A stretch of 32,872 nt of DNA from an uncultured delta proteobacterium (GCA_963778655.1 CAVZVA010000006.1:1-32872); one strand, 5' to 3'. Positions 1 through 9,624 are shown, counted from the stretch's first letter. Translations and numbers: made by a program. The notes: generated by a model from the sequence alone, not told the origin.

Positions 1-147
1 GGACGCAAACGCCGTGCGGTAGCCGACCTCGAGCCAGGGCAGCCGCAGCGCGATCGCGATCGAGACGGCGCCCGCGAGATTCGCCATCTCCAGCTTGCGC
101 AGGCGGTAGACCACCACCCCGATCACGATTTTCAGCCCGGCGAGCAT
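1..147 (-). CDS. Hydrophobic membrane protein, N-terminal part only (runs off the window); possibly a UbiA-family prenyltransferase
   Basis: Manual translation from ATG at 147: MLAGLKIVIGVVVYRLRKLEMANLAGAVSIAIALRLPWLEVGYRTAFAS. It starts 10 bp after the methyltransferase stop. The Asp-rich UbiA motif is not visible in the window, so the family call is tentative. Confidence 0.45.
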   Translation of the reverse strand, partial: MLAGLKIVIGVVVYRLRKLEMANLAGAVSIAIALRLPWLEVGYRTAFAS

Positions 148-157
148 CGATCGAGCG

Positions 158-1054
158 TTACCGCGGCTTGTCCGCCGAGAAGATGACGTAGTCGGTCAGC
201 CCGGTGAGCTTCCACAGCTCCAGGCCGTAGCACTGGTCGATCTCCTCCTGGCTCAGGGAGATCACCGCTTGCTGCATCGGCACGCCCTTGTTGCGCAGCG
301 CCTGATACTTGATGCACCCGGGAAAGACGTAGTTGCGGATCGATTCGGCGCGCACATTGACGAAGCCGGTCGCCTCGAGCCGCCTGCAGTACTCGTTTCG
401 ATCGTAGAGGTTGCACAGCGGCACGCACCAGCGCTTGAGCGCGAGCCGCTGTACCAGCTTGGGCGGCGCGTCGCCCGCCGAGGACGCACCGTCGGCGGTG
501 GCGAGCCGGCCGCCCGGACGCAGCACGCGGAAGGCCTCCTGGAAGAAGCGCTCGCGCGAGTCGAAGTGGTGCGCACACTCCAGCGCCGTGACCTTGTCGA
601 ACGAGCCCTCGGCGAACGACAGCGCGGTGGCCGAGCCGAGCTGCAGCGTGATGCGCTCCTGCAGCCCGCGTTCCTGCACCCGCTGCTGTGCGCGCTCGAC
701 CTGCAACGGGGTGATGTTGATGCCCGTGATATGGTGCACGCCGAAGCGCTCGAGCCAGAAGAAGTCCTGCTCGGCGAAGCCGAAGCCCACGTCGAGCAGC
801 GCGTCCTCTGGTCCGAGCTCGGCTGCCTGGGCCAAGCGCGTGGCCAGCGCCTCGGCCGCAGCCGGGTAGCTGCGCGCGGTCTGCCAGAAGCCCAGGTTGA
901 GCCACAGCGGCTTGCACGGATCGGCGAAGCGCGCGTGCTGCCCCTCGATCACGTCGTCGCCGAGGTAGGTGTAGTAGTCAGCCGGGTTCGGGTTGAGCAG
1001 GAATTTCGGCGTCGCAAACACCGCCCGCAACGCCCCAAGGACCGAGGAAAGCAC
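158..1054 (-). CDS. Class I SAM-dependent methyltransferase, McyJ/EryG-like natural-product O-methyltransferase type
   Basis: Motifs WLNLGFW, LLDVGFGFAEQD (motif I), SFDKVTALECAHHF and FRVLRPGGRL. Likely GTG start at 1054 after a GGAAAGGA RBS. Confidence 0.85.
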   Translation of the reverse strand: MLSSVLGALRAVFATPKFLLNPNPADYYTYLGDDVIEGQHARFADPCKPLWLNLGFWQTARSYPAAAEALATRLAQAAELGPEDALLDVGFGFAEQDFFWLERFGVHHITGINITPLQVERAQQRVQERGLQERITLQLGSATALSFAEGSFDKVTALECAHHFDSRERFFQEAFRVLRPGGRLATADGASSAGDAPPKLVQRLALKRWCVPLCNLYDRNEYCRRLEATGFVNVRAESIRNYVFPGCIKYQALRNKGVPMQQAVISLSQEEIDQCYGLELWKLTGLTDYVIFSADKPR

Positions 1055-1268
1055 GCACGTTCCTTTCCAACACCATGCGACCCGAGGCCCGTCCGAGGCC
1101 CCCACCCACTCACCCAGACACGAGTCGCGCCGGCACCAAGCGTCCACTCTGCCATCAGCACGGGGCGGCGTCCATAATCGCCGGTGCTCGAAAGCGTCCG
1201 ACTGAGAAAGCGCCTGCTCGTGTGTCGCACTTGTGCCGCAGCCGCTCGCGCCGCAGCATCGCGGCCGT

Positions 1269-3038
1269 TCAGGGCGCAGGCGGTGCCTCTGGGCCGGACG
1301 GCGTCAGCTTGAGCACGGGCGCCGCGGGTTGCGGCGCAGGCGCCGCCGCGGCGGGCTCGGCCGGGGCCGCGCTCTGGTCGCCCGCGGGCGCCAGCGTCGC
1401 GGCGATCTCGAGCTCGGGCCCGTCGACGGTGCGCAGCGTCACGTAGGGCGCGTAACCCGCAAGCCGCAGCTCGATCGAGAGCTGACCTCCGGGCTTCGCC
1501 TGCGCGTCGTGCCACTCGAAGCTAACCGGGGTGGTGCCCATGGCCTGCCCGCGCACCAGCACCGTCGCACCGGGTGGCTCGGAGCGCACGCGCAGGCGCA
1601 CACTCGGCAGCGGCTGCGCGGCGAGCTCCTCGGAGGGCCCCAGGTCGGGCTCCGCGGTGTCCGGCGAGGCGGTGGCGGCAGCCTTCGGCGGCGCCGAAGG
1701 CACGCTCGCAGGTGCAGGCGCGCGCGGACGCGTGGTGGTGTCCGCAGCCACCGCCGGCGCCGCGGCGCGTTTCGGAGGCTGCGCAGCTGCGGGCGCGCGC
1801 GCGGGCTGCGCCGCCTGCACCGGAGGCACGGCTGCCGGGAGCGCCTTCGGCGCGGGCTGGCTCGGGACCGCCACCGCCGGCGCCGGCGCACCACCGGCGG
1901 GTGCACGGCTGCGGCCGCCGAACAGCAGGTAGAGCCCGAGCACGCCGAGCGCCGAAAGCGCGAGCACCAGCCAGACCACGGGCGAGGGGCCGCGCTGCTG
2001 CGTGAAGCTCGAGCTCGCAGGCGCAGCCAGATCCTCGGCGTGCACGCGCAGCGACTCGCCGGGCGCGGCCGGGCGCAAGCCCGAGGGCGTGGACTCGGGC
2101 ACCCGCCCGCCGGCTGCCACCCGCTCGTCGCTGGCGCCCAGCTCCGCGCCGAGCGCGCGCAGGGCGTCGAGCAGCTGCTGCATGTCGGCGAAGCGCTGTT
2201 CGGGCGTCTTGGCCAGGCAGCGCATGACCAAAGCCTCGAGCGCGCGCGGCACCGCGACGCGCGGATTGGCCTGGTGCATCGCAGGCGGCGGCTCCTGCAG
2301 GTGGGCGACCAGGATGTCCATCGGGTTGTCGCGGTCGAACGGCACCACGCCGGTGAGCATCTGATAGAGCATCACCCCCAGCCCGTACATGTCGGCGCGA
2401 CCGTCGGCCGGCTGCTTGCGGATCACCTCGGGGGCCATGTACTTGGGCGAGCCCGGCACGGTGTCGTCTTGCGTGTTCTCCCAGCTGATGCGCTCGGAGC
2501 TGGTGCGCCGCACGCGCTTGGCCAGCCCGAAGTCGAGCACCTTGACCAGCTCCTCGCCGTCGGCGCTGCGCGTGAGCACCACGTTGCCGGGCTTGAGGTC
2601 GCGGTGGATCACGCCCTGGGCGTGCGCCTCGCGCAGCGAACGGCAGATCTGCTGCGCGATCGACAGCACGCGCGGCAGCGCGAGCGGCCCCTCGGCGGCG
2701 AGCACGCGGTCGAGCGAGTCGCCCGAGACCAGCTCCATCGCGATGAAGTACAGATCCCCATCGCGGCCGTAGTCGTGGATCGCGACGGTGTGCCGACTCT
2801 GCAACTTGGCGAGGATCGCGGCCTCCTGAAAGAAGCGGCGCCGGAACTCGGGATCGATGTCACCCGCCTGCAGCACCTTGAGCGCGACCGCCCTGCCGAG
2901 CGGGATCTGCTGCGCGCGAAACACCTTGCCCATGCCGCCCTGACCGAGCAGCGCGTGCACGCGGTAGCGCCCGCTCACGGTCAGGCCGATCAGCGGGTCG
3001 AGCTCGTTCCGCTGGCTTGCTCGAGGTCCTTCCGCCAT
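1269..3038 (-). CDS. Membrane Ser/Thr protein kinase (Hanks type) with Pro/Ala-rich linker and C-terminal PEGA-like domain
   Basis: Kinase motifs GQGGMG, VALK, HRDLKPGN, DFG and GSPKYMAPE; TM segment VVWLVLALSALGVLGLYLLF; PEGA-like VRSEPPGATVLVRGQAMGTTP. Confidence 0.93.
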   Translation of the reverse strand: MAEGPRASQRNELDPLIGLTVSGRYRVHALLGQGGMGKVFRAQQIPLGRAVALKVLQAGDIDPEFRRRFFQEAAILAKLQSRHTVAIHDYGRDGDLYFIAMELVSGDSLDRVLAAEGPLALPRVLSIAQQICRSLREAHAQGVIHRDLKPGNVVLTRSADGEELVKVLDFGLAKRVRRTSSERISWENTQDDTVPGSPKYMAPEVIRKQPADGRADMYGLGVMLYQMLTGVVPFDRDNPMDILVAHLQEPPPAMHQANPRVAVPRALEALVMRCLAKTPEQRFADMQQLLDALRALGAELGASDERVAAGGRVPESTPSGLRPAAPGESLRVHAEDLAAPASSSFTQQRGPSPVVWLVLALSALGVLGLYLLFGGRSRAPAGGAPAPAVAVPSQPAPKALPAAVPPVQAAQPARAPAAAQPPKRAAAPAVAADTTTRPRAPAPASVPSAPPKAAATASPDTAEPDLGPSEELAAQPLPSVRLRVRSEPPGATVLVRGQAMGTTPVSFEWHDAQAKPGGQLSIELRLAGYAPYVTLRTVDGPELEIAATLAPAGDQSAAPAEPAAAAPAPQPAAPVLKLTPSGPEAPPAP

Positions 3039-3400
3039 GCGCTCCGTGCCGTAGGCCGTTCAGGATCGCCCACCGCACGCCTGCGAGCAAGTCAACCGCA
3101 GGCGGCGAGCGCAGGCAGCGCGTGCTCCCGATCTCTTGGGGTGAGCCACTGCGAATCCCAAAGGAAATGCCACAGAATGCCAAATCCGACACAACTCCCA
3201 CACAAGGACTGACCCCGACCCCGGTGTGCGAACGTCAGCACACCAGCGGGTCCATGCTCTCGAGCCGGCCCGGCGGTGTGGTGGTGCGGCGGCCGGCGCG
3301 AGCCGGTCGGGCCCGAGGTGGGGCCCGGCCTGCGTCCGACGGAGCTGCCCTTGTTGGCTCGTGCGTGCCTGTGGTGGACGGCGAGCCGCGGAGAGGCGTC

Positions 3401-4918
3401 ATGAAGCACGGTTTGCTGGGTCGATCGAGCTGGCTGCTGGCCATGCTGCTGCTGGGCTGCAGCAACAAGCCGGCGTCGATGAATATGGCGAGCGCCCCGG
3501 GCGCGGGAACCGGGAGCACGCCCGGTTCAAGCGTCGGCAACCCGACCGGGGGCACGCCGGCGCCGGGCGGAAGCGGCGGAAACACGAGCCCCGGCTTGGC
3601 CGGCTCGGGCGCGCCCGGCACCACCGGCGCCGGCGGAAGCGGGGGCGGAGGCGGCAACGCCGCGCTCGACGCCGGCGGCCCGGCCGCCGCGGCCATGGCG
3701 GCGGGCGATGCCGCGGCGCCGGCACCGGGGTCGGACGTGACCATGCCCGCGACGCCCTACCCCAATCCGGGCACCGGCCCCTTCGAGGTGGTGCCCAAGA
3801 GCGATGTGCTCAGCGTGTGCAAGCTCGATCCGGACAAGCTGACCGCGGCGGAGAGCACGGCCACTTACCCGTGGCTGATCGTCCGCTACGGCAAGCTGTG
3901 CTGGGACCACAATGCGACCACCTACCCGCCCGGTGAGGCGTGGTCAACGACCAAGACCATGGGTGCGCTGGTGGCGGGCATGGTCAACTACGAGACACGC
4001 ATGATCCCGAACACCGGCAAGAAGACCGGGCAGTTCAGCGATCTCGATTCCGTCAATCAGTGGCTCGACTCGACGGTGGGGTACACGATCAACGCGGACG
4101 CCAAGGTCGCCCACGTGCTCGGCATGGTTTCGCACGACGCGAGCCTGGCCTGGGGCCAGAAAAGCTTCGCCTATGACACCGTCGGCTCGGTGGAGATCAA
4201 CTCGCTGAGCACCATGCTCAACAACGCGATCGCGCAGGACCCGAGCCGCATGGGTGCGAACCTCGACGCGTTCACGCAGAAGTTCCTGTTCCAGAAGCTC
4301 GGCATGACGCACTCGTCGTGGAGCAGCGGCGCTGCCGACAAGGTGTTCGCATATTCATGGAACACTGAGCTGACCGACATGGCGCGCGTCGGCCTGGTGA
4401 TCAACCACTACGGCGTGTACAACGGCGAACGCTTGGTCGACGCGGAGTGGATCTACCGGCAGACACACCCCTCGTTCGAGGACGCCAACACTGGCTTCGG
4501 GTACCTGACCTGGCTCAACTCGTCGTCCAACTGGACCAGCATCGCGGGCGGCAAGAACCAGGGCGCGGCCACGCCCGGACCGTGCGCGCCGGTGTGCATC
4601 CACAAGAGCTATCCGCACGGCGCCTCGGAGGCCATGGACTGCAACTACGACGCGCCGTACACCTGCGACCAGAAATACGACGTGGGCGTGTGGCAAGCCG
4701 AGGGGCTGGGCGGACAGCTGATCCAGGGCCACCGCGGGCTCGACATGGTGATCGTGGCTCGCGACGCGCAGCCCGGCGGCGCGGGACCGGGCACCGCGAT
4801 GCAGGTCTGGGACGCGCTCAAGAGCGCAGTGATCGCGGGCGACCCGATGTTCCAGGGCGACGAAGACGCCTTCTGCAAGGCGTACGGCGGCAACAACTAC
4901 GCTCCCGATTTGCGCTGA
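3401..4918 (+). CDS. Lipoprotein with a serine hydrolase / beta-lactamase-like (SxxK) domain
   Basis: ATG at 3401 after GAGAGG; signal peptide with lipobox LLGC; Gly-rich linker; WSTTK (SxxK), LFQKLGM, DMARVG, FGYLTW and AEGLGGQ segments typical of class C beta-lactamase-like hydrolases. Confidence 0.75.
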   Translation: MKHGLLGRSSWLLAMLLLGCSNKPASMNMASAPGAGTGSTPGSSVGNPTGGTPAPGGSGGNTSPGLAGSGAPGTTGAGGSGGGGGNAALDAGGPAAAAMAAGDAAAPAPGSDVTMPATPYPNPGTGPFEVVPKSDVLSVCKLDPDKLTAAESTATYPWLIVRYGKLCWDHNATTYPPGEAWSTTKTMGALVAGMVNYETRMIPNTGKKTGQFSDLDSVNQWLDSTVGYTINADAKVAHVLGMVSHDASLAWGQKSFAYDTVGSVEINSLSTMLNNAIAQDPSRMGANLDAFTQKFLFQKLGMTHSSWSSGAADKVFAYSWNTELTDMARVGLVINHYGVYNGERLVDAEWIYRQTHPSFEDANTGFGYLTWLNSSSNWTSIAGGKNQGAATPGPCAPVCIHKSYPHGASEAMDCNYDAPYTCDQKYDVGVWQAEGLGGQLIQGHRGLDMVIVARDAQPGGAGPGTAMQVWDALKSAVIAGDPMFQGDEDAFCKAYGGNNYAPDLR

Positions 4919-4934
4919 GCCGCGCCGATGCTGG

Positions 4935-4962
4935 CGCTCGGGCCGCCCGCGCGGCCCGAGCG
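4935..4962 (+). terminator. GC-rich stem-loop after the hydrolase gene
   Basis: CGCTCGGGCCGC-ccgc-GCGGCCCGAGCG is a perfect 12-bp stem; there is no U-tract. Confidence 0.4.
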
Positions 4963-5043
4963 AGACGAGCGCACCGAGTCCTGTTACCCTGGCTCAAACC
5001 CGAGCCGCGGCGCCCCGCGGGGCGCCGCCACCACGGTGCGGCA

Positions 5044-5379
5044 ATGGCCCAAGCAGAGCTCCTGATCGAAGACCTCAAGACCGGCGAGGGCGCCGAAGCC
5101 CGAGCCGGCGCCAGCGTCACCGTGCACTACGTCGGCACGCTCACCGACGGCAAGAAGTTCGACAGCTCGCGCGACCGCGGCCAGGGCTTTTCCTTCCGCC
5201 TCGGCGCCGGCCAGGTGATCAAGGGCTGGGATCAGGGCGTGGCGGGGATGAAGGTCGGCGGGCTGCGCAGGCTGACCATCCCACCGCACCTGGCCTACGG
5301 CGAGCGTGGCTTCCCGGGTGCGATCCCGCCCTCCGCCACGCTGATCTTCGAGGTCGAGCTGCTCGGCTGCGGCCGATAG
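5044..5379 (+). CDS. FKBP-type peptidyl-prolyl cis-trans isomerase
   Basis: [39 protein letters not shown] and LIFEVEL are canonical single-domain FKBP motifs. Confidence 0.96.
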   Translation: MAQAELLIEDLKTGEGAEARAGASVTVHYVGTLTDGKKFDSSRDRGQGFSFRLGAGQVIKGWDQGVAGMKVGGLRRLTIPPHLAYGERGFPGAIPPSATLIFEVELLGCGR

Positions 5380-5412
5380 CGCGGGCGCTCGGCGGTACGC
5401 CGGCTCACCGCG

Positions 5413-6171
5413 TCAGGCCAGAAACTCGAGCAGCGCGGGGATGAGGCGTGGGTCTCTCAGCGCGCTCATGTGGTCGCCCTCGAGCAGCTGCAGCTTCGCG
5501 CCCGCCAGGGCCTGCACGAGCAACTCCGGACGCACGGCCAGCGGGTCCGCGTTGCCGGCGAGCACGAGCACGGGCGCAGCAATGCGCTCGAACGCGATCG
5601 GCTCGCGGTGCACCACCCGCGCATGCGCGCCGAGCGCCTTGCGATCGGCGCCGAGCATGTCGGCGAACGCCCGAAACGCCGCGGCCTGCTCGTGAACGAT
5701 GCCGGTCGGATCGTCCGCCTCGAGCGCGCACGCCAGCTCCTCCGGCGGCAGCGAGCGGCGGTCGACACCGCCGAGCTCGACCGCGCCGGAACCGATCCCG
5801 CCGGTCACCAGCCGGCGCACGCGCCCGTCCTGCGCGGCGACCAGCAGAGCGACGATCGCACCCATCGAGTAGCCCAGCAGATCGTAGCTCGAGAGTCCGA
5901 GGCGATCGACCAGCAGCATCAGGTCGCGTGCCATCTTGGCTTCACCGTAGTACGCGGGATCGTGGGGCTTGCCCGACGCTCCGTGGCCGCGGGCGTCGAT
6001 CGCCACCACCCTGCGGGTGGCCGCCAGCGCGGGCGCAATGCCGGGCCCCACCCAGTTGAGAGCGCTATCCGCGATGAAGCCGTGATGCAGCACGACCGGC
6101 GGAGCAGCGGCCTCGGTTCCCCACTGTTGATACGCGATCTCGACCCCGTCGAATGATGTGAATCGGTCCAG
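5413..6171 (-). CDS. Alpha/beta fold hydrolase (start uncertain)
   Basis: VVLHHGF, IDARGHG, nucleophile elbow GYSMG, C-terminal GDH. The domain begins at LDRFTSFDGVEIAY (~6171). Confidence 0.88.
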   Translation of the reverse strand: MDRFTSFDGVEIAYQQWGTEAAAPPVVLHHGFIADSALNWVGPGIAPALAATRRVVAIDARGHGASGKPHDPAYYGEAKMARDLMLLVDRLGLSSYDLLGYSMGAIVALLVAAQDGRVRRLVTGGIGSGAVELGGVDRRSLPPEELACALEADDPTGIVHEQAAAFRAFADMLGADRKALGAHARVVHREPIAFERIAAPVLVLAGNADPLAVRPELLVQALAGAKLQLLEGDHMSALRDPRLIPALLEFLA

Positions 6172-6256
6172 GCCAGCCTCTGCTGGCCATCCTACACCGC
6201 CCCCTGCTGGGCAGCGGTGGTCGACGTGCCCGCAGTGGCCATGTAACGGTGGATTC

Positions 6257-7348
6257 ATGGCCGGCGCCCGCTCCAGCGCGATCTTCGTGTCGAGACGCAT
6301 GTTCCTGCGCAGGCTCGCGGCGGGCGCCGCGCTGCTGCGTTTCGAGGCCTGTGGCGTCTCGCCCGGTGGCCACACCGGCGCCGCGGGTAGCGGCGACGGC
6401 GGAGTCGCCGCGTGCCCGCCGTTCCTCACGCCCGTGGAAGGGTTCTACCGCCAGTTCGGCGGCCGCAGCACGGTCAAGGGCTGGTCGCTGCCGGATCTCG
6501 ACGCCGACAGCTTCGAGCTTTCCGTGACGGGCCTGGTCGCGAGCGAAATGCGCGTCAAGCTCGCCGATCTCGAGGCCGACGCCGGCCAGCACCAGACCGT
6601 GCTCAAGACCATGATCTGCGTGCTGGGCTATCGCAGCACGCAGATCTTCACCGGCGTGCCGCTACGCGTGTTGCTCGATCGCGCGGGCATCGACCGCGAG
6701 CGTGCGGTGCGCGTGCGTTTCCTGGGCGCCGACGGCTTCGAGAACAACCTGCGCGTCGGCGACATCTACGACAACCCCGCCGACCTGTTTCCGCCGCTTA
6801 TCGCGTTCCGGATCGGGGGTCAGCCGCTGCCGCGCGAGCTCGGCTTTCCCTTTCGGCTGCTGCTCGGAGATCGCTACGGCTACAAGAACACCAAGTGGCT
6901 GACCCAGATCAGCGTCGTCGACAGCGACCAGGTCGTCGGCCAGTACCAGGCCGAAGGCTACCCGGACGACGGCGTGATTCCCGTCATGGCGCTGGTGGAA
7001 AACCTACGCATCACCGAAATGGTTGAGCCGGGACCCGTCGAGCTGTGCGGCTTTGCCCTCAGCGGCGCCGCGGCGATCGAGCGCGTCGAGGTCGCGGTGG
7101 ATGACGGCGCGTTCGGCGCGGCGCAGCTCTCGGAGCTGATGGAGCTCACCGACAGCTACCCGGAGCTACGCGAAAGCCTCCAGCTCAGCGACCCCGCGCA
7201 CTTTGGGTTTCCCCTGCGCGGCGTGTGGGTGGCGTTTCGCTTTTCGTTCGACGCGCGGCCGGGCCAGCACCGCGTGCGCGTGCGCGTGCGCGACCGGGCC
7301 GGCAACATGGACGAATCCACCGCGATCCAGCTCACGGCGGCGTCTTGA
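6257..7348 (+). CDS. Tat-exported molybdopterin oxidoreductase, sulfite oxidase/MsrP family, with C-terminal dimerisation-like domain
   Basis: Twin-Arg signal SRRMFL; TMIC (Mo-ligand Cys); FTGVPLRVLL; GFPFRLL..RYGYKNTKWL; C-terminal GFALSG..IERVEV. Confidence 0.85.
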   Translation: MAGARSSAIFVSRRMFLRRLAAGAALLRFEACGVSPGGHTGAAGSGDGGVAACPPFLTPVEGFYRQFGGRSTVKGWSLPDLDADSFELSVTGLVASEMRVKLADLEADAGQHQTVLKTMICVLGYRSTQIFTGVPLRVLLDRAGIDRERAVRVRFLGADGFENNLRVGDIYDNPADLFPPLIAFRIGGQPLPRELGFPFRLLLGDRYGYKNTKWLTQISVVDSDQVVGQYQAEGYPDDGVIPVMALVENLRITEMVEPGPVELCGFALSGAAAIERVEVAVDDGAFGAAQLSELMELTDSYPELRESLQLSDPAHFGFPLRGVWVAFRFSFDARPGQHRVRVRVRDRAGNMDESTAIQLTAAS

Positions 7349-7508
7349 CCGGGCCGTCCCCAACGCGGAGCGGCCCATTCGCGACGCGCGGCGAAGCTTT
7401 TGCGAATGCATGCATAGTTTGCGCCCGGCGAGGGGGAAACCGCCTTACACTTACCCCCTCTTGTGCTCGCGGCCGTGGCATGGTCGTAAGGACCAGCTGG
7501 AAACCTCG

Positions 7509-7525
7509 TTGGCACAACGATTGCT
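7509..7525 (+). promoter_or_regulatory. Sigma54 (-24/-12) promoter
   Basis: TTGGCAC-AACGA-TTGCT matches the TGGCAC-N5-TTGC consensus exactly and lies ~27 bp upstream of the ATG at 7552. Confidence 0.75.
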
Positions 7526-7551
7526 CCACCCAGGCGAAGAGGGTGCAAATC

Positions 7552-8034
7552 ATGATCGGCTTGGACATCGCTCAAACCCGCGTTCGAGGATCCTCCTATT
7601 GGCGCTACGCGGCCGCGCTGGTCATCGGCTGCTGGCTCGCCGCCTGTGGAGGCAGCAGCAGCGCCGCGCCGATCGTCGGATCGGGCAAGGTCGTGTCGAA
7701 GACCTTCAACACCATGGTGGTCGAAAGCGTGCAGCTCTACATCCCGTTCAAGGCGGTAGTCCACAATGGCACCGCACGTCAGATCGTGATCAAGGGCGAG
7801 GACAACCTGGTCTCCAAGATCTCGGTCAACGAGATGGCGGTCTCCAAGTGGGAAATCGTCGCTCCGGAGGATCTGCAGTTCGAGCAGCACTCCGACCTGC
7901 AGATCGACATCCCGTACATCGACATGGTCGAGATCATGTACAGCGGCGACGTCACCTTCGCCGACCAGCCGCTCTCTGTGTGGCATCCCGACGGCGGCGC
8001 GGGCGGCGCGATCGATTCGGGCAGCTCGATGTGA
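7552..8034 (+). CDS. Lipoprotein with DUF2807 / GIN-like beta-helix domain (short)
   Basis: Lipobox LAAC; IVGSGKVVSKTF...IVIKGEDNLVSKISV pattern typical of DUF2807 proteins. Confidence 0.65.
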   Translation: MIGLDIAQTRVRGSSYWRYAAALVIGCWLAACGGSSSAAPIVGSGKVVSKTFNTMVVESVQLYIPFKAVVHNGTARQIVIKGEDNLVSKISVNEMAVSKWEIVAPEDLQFEQHSDLQIDIPYIDMVEIMYSGDVTFADQPLSVWHPDGGAGGAIDSGSSM

Positions 8035-8241
8035 ACGGGCGGGCAGGTTTCGATTCTGGGCTGCTGCGATCCAGGCAGGATTTGGGCAGCGGCGTGGCGC
8101 GCGCTACTTCGGTTTGGTAGAGTTGCCGCGCAGCCCGCGGCCGTCCGCGCTTTGGGTCTTTAGCGTTGCAGGCGAAGCGTGGTAACACGCTGCGCGGACG
8201 CGGCTCGCTGCCCCGTGCAGTCGGCAAAGGACCCGAGTGCC

Positions 8242-9024
8242 GTGTCGGATCGAAGAGACGTGTTGCCACGACAGCGCCAATCGGGTCCGCTCGCGCCCGC
8301 CCACCGCTCCGAAGGCGGATTCGAAGCCCTGCTGCACGATGCGGGGCTATGGGATCTCGTACAGATGAAGTGCGAGGCCCGCGCGCGCTGCGTGGTGCGG
8401 GTCGGCTCGCAAGGACGCTCCGGCTACCTGTACTTCTCGGACGGCCAGATCGTGCATGCGGCCCTGGGCGGACGCAGCGGCGAGACCGCCGCGCTCGAGA
8501 TCCTCAGCTGGAGTCACGGGAGCTGGAATCCCTGCGAGCGCAGATGGCCGGCGCAAAGGAGCATCGCCGTGGCCTGGCAGGCACTGCTGATGCGTGCAGC
8601 GCAGCGCCAGGATGAGCTGCGCCAGGCGCGCGAGCCGCGCGAGCTCGAGGACGGCAACGATGGCGCGAACGACGAGGACCTGCAGCTGCAGCAGGCGGGT
8701 CAGCGACCCAGCGGCGCGCAGCTCTCGCGCGGAGACCTGGGCTACAAGGCCGACGACTTCGAGCACGCGGTGCGGATCGACGCGCGCGGCCACCTGCTGA
8801 GCGGACACGGCCGCGCCGAAGAGCTCGCGGCGCTCGGGGCGTACGCCTGCCGGCTCGGCGATCTGATCGGCGACATGATGGGGGTGGGCGCGCTGGTAGC
8901 GCTCGACGCCACGCTGCTCGTGGGTCGCTGTCTCGTCTACCGCGGGCAGAACGCGGTGACGGTTGCGCTCAAGCCCAAGGCCCACGTGGATCTCGGGCCG
9001 ATCAAGGCGCAGCTCTATCTGTAG
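8242..9024 (+). CDS. DUF4388 (PATAN-like) domain protein with degenerate roadblock-like C-terminus
   Basis: GFEALLHDAGLWDLVQM...GYLYFSDGQIVHA...GETAALEILSW fits DUF4388. Start uncertain (8179 or 8242). Confidence 0.75.
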   Translation: MSDRRDVLPRQRQSGPLAPAHRSEGGFEALLHDAGLWDLVQMKCEARARCVVRVGSQGRSGYLYFSDGQIVHAALGGRSGETAALEILSWSHGSWNPCERRWPAQRSIAVAWQALLMRAAQRQDELRQAREPRELEDGNDGANDEDLQLQQAGQRPSGAQLSRGDLGYKADDFEHAVRIDARGHLLSGHGRAEELAALGAYACRLGDLIGDMMGVGALVALDATLLVGRCLVYRGQNAVTVALKPKAHVDLGPIKAQLYL

Positions 9025-9084
9025 CGACAACGACGGCCTTCGAGGCGCGCGAAGCGCGGCAGCGCGCATGACTGCAGCAGAGGC

Positions 9085-9516
9085 ATGACCGAGCGACTCG
9101 CCCAGGTGCTCAGGATGCTGCGCGACGTCGACGGCGTCGTGGGTAGCTTCGTCTGGGCCAAGAGCGGAAGTCTCGTCGCCCGGGACCTTCCCGAGTATTT
9201 CGACGACGAGCTCCTGGCCGAGGTCGGACCGCGCATCCAGCGGCTGTACGAGGCGTTCGGCAGCGCCGGTGAGCCGCTCGATGCCGCCACACTGGTCTTC
9301 GGCGAGCACAAGCTGCACCTGCGCGAGCTGCAGCCGGCCTTCGTCGGGGTGCTCAGCTCGCTTCCCGTGAACATGGCGGCGCTGAAGATGGCGCTGCGGG
9401 TCGTCGGTCGCCGGGTCGTGGACGAGCTCGAGCGGGCGCCCGCGCCGAACGAGCCGCGGCCCGACGGCGGCCCGGCCAGCCCGCGCTTCTATCGAGGCAA
9501 GCGGGTCCCCGAGTGA
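9085..9516 (+). CDS. Roadblock/LC7 (MglB-like) domain protein
   Basis: LRDVDGVVGSFVW..G.LVARDLP...VNMAALKMALR has the roadblock pattern; GAGG RBS upstream. Confidence 0.75.
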   Translation: MTERLAQVLRMLRDVDGVVGSFVWAKSGSLVARDLPEYFDDELLAEVGPRIQRLYEAFGSAGEPLDAATLVFGEHKLHLRELQPAFVGVLSSLPVNMAALKMALRVVGRRVVDELERAPAPNEPRPDGGPASPRFYRGKRVPE

Positions 9517-9607
9517 GGCTCCGTGCGGGGGCGGGCGTCCCTGCACGGGTCCGGAGGCGGACGGCCGGCCCGGAGCCCTCGGCAGGACCGCGATCCCACT
9601 GAAATGA

Positions 9608-9624
9608 CTGGCGCATTCTCTGCA
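9608..9624 (+). promoter_or_regulatory. Possible sigma54 promoter
   Basis: CTGGCGC-ATTCT-CTGCA has the GG-N10-GC spacing and lies ~210 bp upstream of the monooxygenase gene. Confidence 0.4.

Noticed and set aside
1233..3212. Long antisense and alternate-frame ORFs (e.g. 1233-3212 +, 9943-11565 -, 12970-14430 +, 23141-24892 +, 24834-26291 +)
   Set aside because: These are Arg/Ala/Gly-rich shadow frames overlapping clear genes, as expected in very GC-rich DNA with few stop codons.
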